Of a DNA stretch of 64,000 bases, positions 51,277-60,568 are shown in pieces. Position 1 is the stretch's first letter. Each line of letters opens with the position of its first letter. The translations under genes and the position numbers were made by a program. The notes below the pieces were generated by a model. That model was not told the origin of the DNA, made no database searches, and saw only the letters and a program-made list of their open reading frames with translations. The stretch comes from Podarcis muralis (taxonomy: Eukaryota), in NCBI RefSeq assembly GCF_964188315.1, contig NC_135658.1, forward strand, positions 51,150,001-51,214,000. The letters run 5' to 3'.

Positions 51277-51562
51277 AAGGGTTCGAAATTAGCAGGGTGC
51301 CAGGTGCATTTTGCACCTAAAGATTCTCCATTTGCGAGCACCTCAACAGGTCTGGGTGCCATTTTTTGCACCCGGCTGACACTCAAGAATTACTGATATG
51401 TATGTACTTTGAAGCCTCAAAGTATATGTTAAGGACAGACTATATGTTAAGGAGTTTAACAATAAAGAGTATAGTGTTTTGAAAACTGAAGTATGGTATC
51501 AATATTTTTATTGTAAACATCAAATTAAACATGTATTAACAATTTCCCAGTTTCTAACACTG
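51277..51562 (+). mobile_element. hAT MITE, family B deletion derivative
   Basis: Ends AAGGGTTCGAAA / TTTCTAACACTG; perfect TSD tcagcaac at 51269-51276 and 51563-51570. Confidence 0.85.
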
Positions 51563-52121
51563 TCAGCAACCAGTATTTGGAGACTGAAACACTGAACGTT
51601 CCATTTTGCATCATCAATGAATCTGTCCAACCTTGTAGAATTCGAAGGTGATAATATGGACTGTTCCAATTCCAACTGAAAGGGGGCATTAATGCCCCCT
51701 TGCATAAAACCTCCTACAAGTATAAACTAGCACATTAGAGGCAAAGCAGCCACTCCTTGTTGTTCTAAGTTTCTACTTACAGAGCAGTATATAGTTTTTA
51801 TGCCGGGAGCCCTTTATGAATTGACCTAGCATGTCCACCCAACCACCTGATTCTGTTCCATGTGTGAACCAAGCCTAGGAGAAGAACATAAGCAAAAGAA
51901 AATCAAGCAAAGCTAACAGCTAACCTGAAAAGGACCATCAAAACCTTCAGATAAATAATATATTTAACAAATGTAAAACATTTGGTTATCCAAACACTTA
52001 AGAATCCATAACACACATGCTATGACTATGGAGGTTTGAAACAAACAACCCATAAGCCCTTTCAAAATACGCATACACAAATTGCTCCACATTCGAGAGA
52101 ACCAACGAACTAACTACCAGC

Positions 52122-52263
52122 AAATCATAAAATCATAGACACACAGAACTGTAGAGCTGGAAGGGACCATGTAGGTCATTTAGTCGTGCAATGCAGGAAC
52201 ATTTTGCCCAACATGGGGCTCAAACCCACAACCATGAGATTAAGAGTCTCATGCTTTACCAAG
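52122..52263 (-). mobile_element. Short SINE: tRNA-Lys(CTT)-derived head plus CR1-type 3' tail
   Basis: Minus strand GGTAAAGCATGAGACTCTTAATCTCATGGTTGTGGGTTTGAGCCCCATGTTGGGC, then ttcctgcattgc...ggtcccttccagctctac...(atgattt)n. Confidence 0.85.
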
Positions 52264-52899
52264 TTATCTTCATATCACATATTCATGTATAACTGGTAAG
52301 TGGGCACTGCTACTAAGCAGGAGAGGGCCAATAAAAGGAAGTACCCATTCAAGATATTTTAACAATTTAAAAGTATTGCATCACACTGAAGCCAATATAA
52401 AAACTCACTATCTCCACTACACAAACACTTTCCTCAGGAGTTTCTTTATGACCAGCATGGCAGAATGCCTTGTTTTTAAAAGGATTGCATGCTTATCCCA
52501 GAGTATTAACAGCTCCATCAAACCCAGTGAGTGATCAGATGGCTCCAACTTTGAAGACTGTGCATGGTGTTTCAGCTTTCCCAGATCTGGTGTTTCACGA
52601 GCGGCCCCCATCATCCCAAATGCATTTACTTGGACAAGCCCAGGCCTGGCATCGGCTGCGCCATGCGTCACCCGGCTCACTGCCAGCAGGAAGCATGAGA
52701 CTCTCCCAACAGGAAAGGGACTTGCCTTTCTCCAGAACACTTTTCGCTCCCCAAAATCAACATTACAGTGCACAACTGGCAGGGCTGAACCAAAACACTT
52801 TGCCATTCCCAACAGCGCTTCAACACAACCTTACAGCATTGCCAAGGATGGCAGGGCAGATTTCTCATATTATTCCCTTCTTCCCTGGGACCTCTAAAG

Positions 52900-53086
52900 T
52901 TATTTATTTTTATTTGCATTTCTATCCCAGCAATTTCCCCCCTCCCCAGGAGCTCCAGAGGGTATTTATGGTTATCCCCTTCTTATTCAATCCCTACCAC
53001 AACCCTGAGCAGTAGGTTAGGCTGAGGGGCAGTGACTGGCCCAAGGTCACCTAGATGCCCAAGTGGGGATTTGAACCCTGAGTCCC
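52900..53086 (-). mobile_element. CORE-SINE (Squam3/MIR-like)
   Basis: acaaccctgagcagtaggttaggctgag...tggcccaaggtcacc...ggggatttgaaccc. Confidence 0.75.
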
Positions 53087-53371
53087 AGCAGTGTTCAAGT
53101 TTGCGACTGGTGCGGGTCCAATTACAACTACATGGAGATCTCTGGATGCCAGGTTGGCAACTGACATCTCCATCTGGATGGCCCCTCCAGCTTTCTTAAG
53201 AAGGTAAGCAGAAGAGCTTATTCATTGTATTAATCTCCCACCTTTCTTTCCAAGGAATACATGGTTCCCATCAGCCTCACAGCCAATGGTCAAGGATAAC
53301 AAGGCTTCTAACCATGTGGGGAGGGCAACATCTGAGAAGGTTTCATTTAGACAAGGCTCATTCTCAACTCC

Positions 53372-53425
53372 CCAGGGGGATTGAACCTAACGCCTTCTGC
53401 ATGCAAAGCACATGCTCTATCACTC
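53372..53425 (-). mobile_element. tRNA(Ala)-like SINE head fragment
   Basis: Minus strand gatagagcatgtgctttgcatgcagaaggcgttaggttcaatcccc. Confidence 0.55.
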
Positions 53426-55577
53426 TTCGTCTGCAATCAGACCACCAACAGGGAGCATGTAAAACTGTCCTCCGACACATTAACCCAGCTCCCAAGAGTC
53501 CCTCTTTTGAAGCTTTGGAAATTAATGGCAATCCTACATTCTCAGTATTTAATTAGAAGGGGCGTTGGAAGACACCAAACAGCAGGTGGAATACAGCCTT
53601 ATGGGTCACTTAAGACAGGTCATGCCTGCAGGTTTGAACCAAGCAGGGTCTGAATTTGTTTTAATCAATCACTTTGGCAGTTCAAATATTTCAGACCATG
53701 AAAGGAGATTGCCATTTATTTTTTTTAGTAACTATGCAAAAACAGACTCGGAATTAGTGGGACAATGCCTTTATTAGGCCAATTTATCTTAAAAATCAGG
53801 GATGTTGATTTCAATGTTATACAGAACTCTTTTTTTCTAGGTATTGTTCTGAAGAAAAGAAATAACCTGAGCACCGCCTGTCCAGCCTTTGAACATAACC
53901 AATGAATCACACTGCCATCTCTGAATGCTAACAAGTCACCACACAGACTTGACTGGCACAGACAGCTAGTTCCCAAACACACAGCAGATTCTCAGCCTAC
54001 GCCTGACCTCTGGGGTCTGGGATATCAACATGTGGAATCAGGGTATGGGCACCAGGCTTCAGTCAGGGCAAATAGGAATCAAGAAAACCACAACTGATGA
54101 CCACATAACATAGACCTGTATCAACATGTCGTCAGATGTAACTATATAGTCCTGCAACCCGAGGCAGTAGTAAATGTACGTAAAGTATTTCATGAGGAAT
54201 ACTATGAGGAACATGACCACATACACAGGCACTCAGAGTCAATTTAAGAGCAAGACCCATAAATAGCAAGATCATTCAGAGTGCAAATTATACACTTAGG
54301 AACAGATAGTGAAAGATAGGGAAGAGTGACTTTTGCATATCCTGAACAAGAAGTAAAAACAAACCAGCAATGTCTTTGGTCCATCTTGAAATCAGTCAGT
54401 TCTGTTGAATACAACCAAGCTATCCTGAGGATTATGGATATGTTATGGGTTCTATTTATGCAATCGTCCAAACCATGGTTTGCAAAATTGGAAACAAGCA
54501 AAGGTTTGTCTGTTCCCTCTTCCCCTCACATGCAACTTCCTCCTGTTTCCTCCTTAGCACTAACCATAGTTTGCTGGAACGTTCAGGTCAGTAACTATAG
54601 CCTTTGTGACCTGGGATATATAAAAATGAACTGGAGTAGGAAGTGACATATAAAAGGGTAAGAGAAAGGAGTACAGATTCCTGATTGTTGGCCATGGGAT
54701 TTTAGTTTTAGACCACAAAAAAACTGTATTTAGCATTGTGCCAGCAAATATACCCAGTGCTAGAAATAGCACACTTTGGACTTCTGCAACCCTATACTAC
54801 CAAAGAACATGTATTTTAGTTTCTGACATCCGAGAAGCAGGAAAAATTAAAAGTTGAAAATAGAAACCACCAATTTTGTAGTAAACAAAAGAAAGTGTAT
54901 CATTTGGACACAAACAGTTGCATACAGTCACAATACTGATGACTAGCTGCATATTTGGATATTGAGTCTGGTTTTATATTACAATATTAAAACCATCAGG
55001 CTCATCAAAAAAACATTAAAAACCCAACAGGCAAAATATTGCTATACTACAGCTATTGTTGCCGATCAAATAAAACTGATGCACTTCACGTCTGTAGCCA
55101 AGTTTATTTGTTGTGTCAACCTGTAACTTTCCTATTCAATAAGCAAAGTACAAGACACCATTTCATAAAACTGTAAGAAATATGGTCATGTATTCAGTTT
55201 GTTAAAATATGTAACAAAGAACACTCCGCTAGCTAGTACAAAAGTTCTACTTAGTCAACATGTTTGAATACTTATACCATATAACCGATAAACATTTTAT
55301 TTGGGAAATAAAGTGCAGGCACACGAGTAGCAGAAAGAATGGCCAAGGCCTTTATCTCTTGGTGACTTAAATAATTCTATCCTGCATCTTAAAAATAATC
55401 ACCTAATGCACACCACTGCATAACATATCTTGTATGAACACCAAAGGCATTTTAAGAGGCATTCTTGCAGCAAGCTACTCTCAGTCACTGGAGGGAACCT
55501 GCAGCTCCCCATACATTGTTGGACTACAGCTCATATCATCCCTGACCACTGACCATGCTGGCTGGGAGCTAGGGAAG

Positions 55578-55672
55578 CAGTGTTAGAAACTCAGATTTAT
55601 AAGCTAGGCGCCAAATGGCTCCTTAAACCAGGGTCACAGTCACCAAAATGCAATGCCTAGTTGCCATTTGGG
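55578..55672 (-). mobile_element. hAT family B terminal fragment
   Basis: Starts CAGTGTTAGAAACT and aligns to the reverse complement of 12700-12796. Confidence 0.6.
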
Positions 55673-56483
55673 AGCCAGACAGCTCGAAAGTCTTATCTTT
55701 TCAATACAACTTTTTGGTTCCTGAAATTCATTCTGATTGTGCAGATAAAATATAATGCATAGAATTCTACAGGATGTGAAAACAGGCAAGATCCAGGCAC
55801 GCACCACCGGATGGTGGAGATGTCAAGTGGCAAATTTCAAACAAGGTAGGGAATTTGTAATCCATTAAAATCTGGAGGCCCACAAGGTCTTTATCCCTAA
55901 TCCTGAGTCTCACCAAAGCTCAAACCTGAGCAGCTTCCACAGACAATACATTTTATTTTGGCTGAAAGAAAGCACTCAGCAATACCTATACAAAAGTCCC
56001 ATACTCAAGCCTCAGGTTTGGAAATTAAATAAGCATCTTTATTTTCTACATGCTTACATTCTAAGAGTTACAACTTCCTTTGTAAACATTGGCCTTGGAA
56101 TGATTTCAACATTCAATGGAAATAATAAATCTTCAGTTAAGGCTGTAATTAACATCTTCAGCACATAATTTTGTTTTATAAAATGAGTTTCACAAAGACA
56201 ATTTAATTATGTCCAAATGGGTTAACACTGAAATCTGACAATTTGCAGCAAATGATGCCAGAGGGAGTGAAAAGAAAATCTATCCAAGGCCATAACTGAA
56301 AGCGGAGGCGGCTTTGCAACTGTAGACAATATTGTTCATCGCAACACCCATCCTTTCCTAATGAATGTGACATTCTTCAGAACAAGGCCATGTAAATTAG
56401 TTCAGTACAGTAGGATGGTTTCATTTTGTAAAACGAAAAGCAAGTGGGATGCGCAACAATACGTTGCAATGTAAATTCTCCCC

Positions 56484-56700
56484 CTGGGGAAGGTGTGGCT
56501 CTCCAGATGTTGTAGTACAATGTTGTGTTTTAATTGTTGTAACTCTTGGAACACGGGGTGAAGGGCGGGTAATAAATTGTAATACTAATAATAGTAATAA
56601 TAATACAACTCCCATCATCCCTGACCAGTAGCTGTGCTACCTGCTGTCCTGATGGGAGTTGTCCAATAATATCCAGAGGGACAAAGACTCCCCAACCCTC
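56484..56700. mobile_element. Palindromic MITE family P interrupted by a LINE 3' tail
   Basis: ccagatgttgtagtacaa | insert | tacaactcccatcatccctgacc...gatgggagttgtcc. Confidence 0.7.
56521..56603 (+). mobile_element. L2-type LINE 3' tail insertion
   Basis: gggtgaagggcgggtaataaat...(taa)n tail; 5-bp TSD tacaa. Confidence 0.7.
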
Positions 56701-57211
56701 CTCCAACAGGACTACTTCTGTCCCGGATGACATCCAGGTAGCCATGCCTTCCTCCAGGATCCTATAAGCTGTCAAAGGGTCAAACCAGGCAATTCACTTT
56801 TTTCTCTGGTACTTCTGCAAACCTCTGAGCTTCCTTGAGCCTGCTGATTTTTTTCAAAATGGCATTATTTTGGCTCCATTTCTCTCGGTACAAGGGCACC
56901 AAGTTCACCATGAGAGGGACTGATGTGTCCTTTGTCTTAATTCTTACCCACCCATGGAAAAGGGGTAATAATATTGCTGAGGGTTCAGTTTGAACTAAGG
57001 TACATGCCAGAGATGGGCTCCGTCACATATGAAGGAAGCTTGTAAACAGCTGCTCATCCCGGGGCAGGTAAAAATAGGGTTCTCCAAGACAGCCCTGGCA
57101 GGAAAAAACAGTTCTCTCCATTTCTGAGGCCAGCAGGGACTAACACTGTCACCTAACCCACCAGCACACCTTTGTGCTGGGCAGGGTGTGTTTCTCACAA
57201 CCAGCCACCAA

Positions 57212-57390
57212 CTTGGATTAAAGGAGCAGATTCATGAAGGATAAGGCTTTCAAAGGCTACTAGCCCTGATGTTCAAAGGCTACTAGCCCCACGGTTTGGA
57301 GGCAGTGTGACTTCCAGTTGCTGAAACCACAGGTGGAGGAAAATGCTGTTGTGTTCTGGGGTCCTGGGAGAACAGGACCTGGACTAGAAT
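57212..57390 (+). mobile_element. CR1 3' fragment with an 18-bp tandem duplication
   Basis: gcagattcatgaaggataaggctttcaaaggctactagcc; ttcaaaggctactagccc repeated at 57249 and 57272. Confidence 0.6.
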
Positions 57391-57482
57391 CAGTGTTAGA
57401 AACTAGGATAGAAAAGCTATTCATCACATGGCTCCTGGAACTTAAGCTATGGGTGCAAAAACAGAAAGTGTAGTCGCCATTT
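57391..57482 (-). mobile_element. hAT family B terminal fragment
   Basis: CAGTGTTAGAAACTAGGATAGAAAAGCT...TAGTCGCCA aligns to the reverse complement of 12705-12796. Confidence 0.7.
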
Positions 57483-57613
57483 TGTCTTTTTTACAAAGGT
57501 GGCTTGCACTGCGGCAGGGGAAGTGGCACTTTGCTGCGTGGCATTGATCCTACTTTGGAGTCAGTAAATTAAATAAATAAAACACACTGTGCAAATGATA
57601 CGATTTATTTGAG

Positions 57614-57664
57614 AGGGTTGGAGTAGATGACCCTCAGGGTGCTTTACAACCCTACAACTCTATG
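57614..57664 (+). mobile_element. CR1 3' tail
   Basis: gggttggagtagatgaccctcagggtgctttacaaccctacaactctatg. Confidence 0.65.
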
Positions 57665-58241
57665 TGTAAGACAAACATCTGAATTGTGAGCTATTCTGGT
57701 GGCTTAGTGACTTGACGTAAGCCTGGTTCACTATAGGTTTGTGAAAGCAGGTTTGGGCAAATGACTTGCAGTGACTGCTCAAGTTGCCCTGGGGGTGGAT
57801 TGCACTCCTCCTGGAAAAGGCAGGCAACTCATCCCGCCTTAAAAAAATAGCAATCAGAAGATGCTCGAAGGCATTCCTATCTTAAAGGTGACACATGAGG
57901 CTATGACTCCAATGCTAAAAAAAAAGGATCAGTGGATTTCTGCCTAGCTGCTCTTTTGCAGATTGCATTTCGTCTAGATGTTCCACCCACTCCACACAAG
58001 TGAAGTATCATCCATCAGTTTGCACAGGCTTTCCCTAACCCATAAGAGTGGGCCCTGCTAGTACTGAATTCCTGCTTTAAGATAAGGTTTTTTATGCTGC
58101 ACAGTATCTGTTTTAGGGTATATTTTATTGTTTTTAATGTTCCATTTCTGTGTGGCACTGAGAAATTCTAAGAATTAAGCAGTTTAGAAATGCTTCTAAT
58201 TAAGCAAACAGACAATACTCTTACAATGACTCAGAACTGAG

Positions 58242-58432
58242 GATGCAATCCTTGCCTCACTGAACTCAGTGGGACTTACTTAGGAGTAGGCACGTTTAGG
58301 ATTCCACCGCAAGTCTCAATAATTTCACTTGGACTTGGCTTGCGTAGCATAGGATTACAGACTACACCCTGAGAGTAAATCCAATCGAACCCTAGGAGAC
58401 TCACTTCTGAGCAAAAGCAGACAGAACTGCAC
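58242..58432. mobile_element. Cluster of Chompy-like palindromic MITE relics
   Basis: gcaatcc...cactgaactcagtgggacttactt...taggatt, repeated with variation. Confidence 0.45.
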
Positions 58433-60263
58433 TGTGAATTGCAAGGAAGGAGAGGCAGCTAGCCTGGAAGAAGAAAGGTTTGCAAAAACAAGCAAAGAAG
58501 ATCAAGAGATAATGGCTAACATCCCTCCCTGCCAAAAAAAAAAAAAAAGGCAACAGTATTCCTCCTTACTCTATGTGAATGTATTTTTCTTTTCCCTATC
58601 TCTTCAGGACTGTCAAATACAGAGATTTGCACATTATTTTTAATGAGCAAAAAAATTAAATCCTAGATTCTTTCCCCAACAGTCTCCAAAAGAGGTGTGG
58701 CATATTTAGAGCGTCTTCTGCCACTCCCCTAATCTCCCCCACCTTTAAAATAAGAGGGGAGCAGGCTGGTCAAAACCGCAGCCTCGACCACTGAATGATG
58801 TCTGGACCTAACAGATTCTTTCTGAAAGCGCAAGTAGAAGAAAAGCAGACAGCCAAGCCAAGCACAAGGCAGACCCCAGTTTAAGGAAGAAGGGGAAGAG
58901 CTCCCCCCCCCCTTTTTACACTGCCCAGTCGTGTGCCCAGGCTCCAGTACGTCGCACCCAGCCGTGGCTGCCTGACGGGCAGTGAGATGAATGGGAAGGG
59001 AGAGTTGTTTCCAACACCTAGCGGTGAGAGGGTTGCTCCAGGCTGCAGCTCGCATTATTACAGCGCTGCCTTGCTGCACTGCAGAGGCGCCATCTTCTTG
59101 CTCTTAATCTTCCCCGCCAACCCATTTCCTTTCCATCGGCTCCCTAAACGCCCATCCTAAGAGGAGTCCACCCCCCCTCCTTGTAACGCGTGGAGGTGCC
59201 TCTGAAAAACACGCGCGGCCAAGGCGATTTCCTCCCGCAAGACGGCGGGAGGGGGGAGAGAGAAGTCACCCCCCAGGACACCCACACCCACCCCTCTCTC
59301 TCTCGCATCCAAACAAAGTCTGCAAGGCGCTCTGGGATCAATGAGACGGGGGAGAGTGGAAGGTGCTCGCTCCCAGAAGCAGGTCGCGCCAGTTGTGGGA
59401 ACAGACGGGGCGGGGAGGCTGTCTTCTGCTTTCTTTTTTAGGAAGTGGGGGGCTCCCTTGTGCAAACGGGGCGGCTGTTCCGCAGGAGCCGCCGTCCGCT
59501 CTCAAGTTACTCAGAGGCACCTGATCCAAAAACTTGACCCCCCCCTTCTCCCCTATGGACGGCTGGGTAGACGGATGGCCCTTAACCGCCTGCCTGCCGT
59601 TTGTTTTCCGCACTGGAGCGCAGAGAGGAGGAGGAGGAAGAAAAACGAGGCTAGGCTACCAGGAGAGGCGGGAAAGCAGCGGGATGCCTGCCGTCTCCTC
59701 TCCCGATCTTCCCCGCGATGGGTCTCTCTCTCTCCTCCTCCCCCCGGCCTTCCCGGTTCGGTTCCCCACCCCCAGGTCCGCCACACCGGACAATCCGGAT
59801 CTCTCTCTCTCTCTCTCCAGGAAGGCAACAAAAGCCACGCAGCGGCCAGGCGACGCGATCGCGGCTCTGGCGAAGCCAAACACTCGGCAGGCGGATCGCC
59901 AAGACGGCGCACCTCGGGGGGGGGGGGAGGGAGGGAGGGGGCGGCGGCGCCCTCCTCCTCCTACTCCCAGCTTCCCGGAGACTGTCGCTCGCGAAATCCA
60001 GCACCGAGGAGGCGCACGACCCGGGCACCCCCTCCCTCCAAGAAGGCTCCAAGTCGGCGCGTCCCACCTCCCCGCCCCACCTCTCGGCGGAGCCCATTGT
60101 TCAGGCGGGGAGAAAGACCCCCGTCCAGGCGGGGGGCCGGGGACTCCCCCTCCCATGGAGCCCATATCCCGGAGGGCAGCAGCAGCAGCAACTGGGAGGG
60201 CAGCCCCACCCCGCGCCCCTTCATTATGCCGTGTCTCCCACCCACCCCCGGCGCCCGCCTTAC

Positions 60264-60323
60264 CTCCAAAGCGTCGGCGAGCCACGAGGCCGCGAGCAGC
60301 AGCCCGGCTAAATGCGGCAGCAT
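60264..60323 (-). CDS. APP: APP exon 1 coding part (signal peptide), MLPHLAGLLLAASWLADALE
   Basis: Minus strand reads gccaaccgcgATGCTGCCGCAT...TTGGAG|gtaagg. It gives 20 codons and a phase-0 GT donor inside a CpG island, and resembles human MLPGLALLLLAAWTARALE and chicken MLPHLALLLLAAGAARALE. Confidence 0.97.
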
Positions 60324-60475
60324 CGCGGTTGGCGGGGAAGGAGCGGAAGCTCCCGCTAGAGAAGGGAGAGCGGCGAAATCCAGCCGGCGGCTCGGCTTCC
60401 TCGTCCCCGCCTCTGCGCTGCTGAGGAATGGAAGGGAGCTGCAGCAGCGGCACCAGCCGAGCTCCGCCGAGGAAA
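60324..60475 (-). other. APP: APP 5' UTR (approximate)
   Basis: GC-rich, about 150 nt. Runs from a TTTCCTCGGC motif (as at the start of the human mRNA) to the ATG. The TSS is inferred, not observed. Confidence 0.6.
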
Positions 60476-60476
60476 A

Positions 60477-60491
60477 GGCGAGTCAGCTGAT
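60477..60491 (-). promoter_or_regulatory. APBalpha-like USF/AP-4/AP-1 element (ATCAGCTGACTCGCC)
   Basis: 15/15 match to the recalled human APP promoter element. A GGGTGGGC GC/GT-box precedes it at 60501-60508. Confidence 0.8.
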
Positions 60492-60510
60492 GATATCCCA
60501 GCCCACCCAA

Positions 60511-60537
60511 AGCAGCGGCGGCGGCGGCGGCAGCAGC
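60511..60537. repeat. (AGC)2(GGC)5(AGC)2 triplet tract in the core promoter
   Basis: Direct read; lies between the APBalpha-like and APBbeta-like motifs. Confidence 0.9.
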
Positions 60538-60553
60538 AAGGCCGGCCCTCCGC

Positions 60554-60568
60554 AGAGACCCCTAGCGG
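60554..60568 (-). promoter_or_regulatory. APBbeta-like CTCF-binding element (CCGCTAGGGGTCTCT)
   Basis: Matches the human APP promoter APBbeta sequence GCCGCTAGGGGTCTCT (recalled) and sits upstream of the ATG. Confidence 0.8.

Larger units (their letters stand above)
24255..60263 (-). other. APP: APP intron 1 (~36.0 kb)
   Basis: GT..AG bounded by the exon 1 donor and exon 2 acceptor; phase 0. Confidence 0.93.

Noticed and set aside
52205-52263. Functional tRNA-Lys gene
   Set aside because: The 5' acceptor and D-stem half is missing, CpGs have decayed, and it is fused to a CR1 tail. It is a retroposed SINE head.
59961-60263. Read-through of the APP exon 1 ORF (120 aa)
   Set aside because: It continues past a strong GAG|gtaagg donor into intron sequence and has no similarity to APP.
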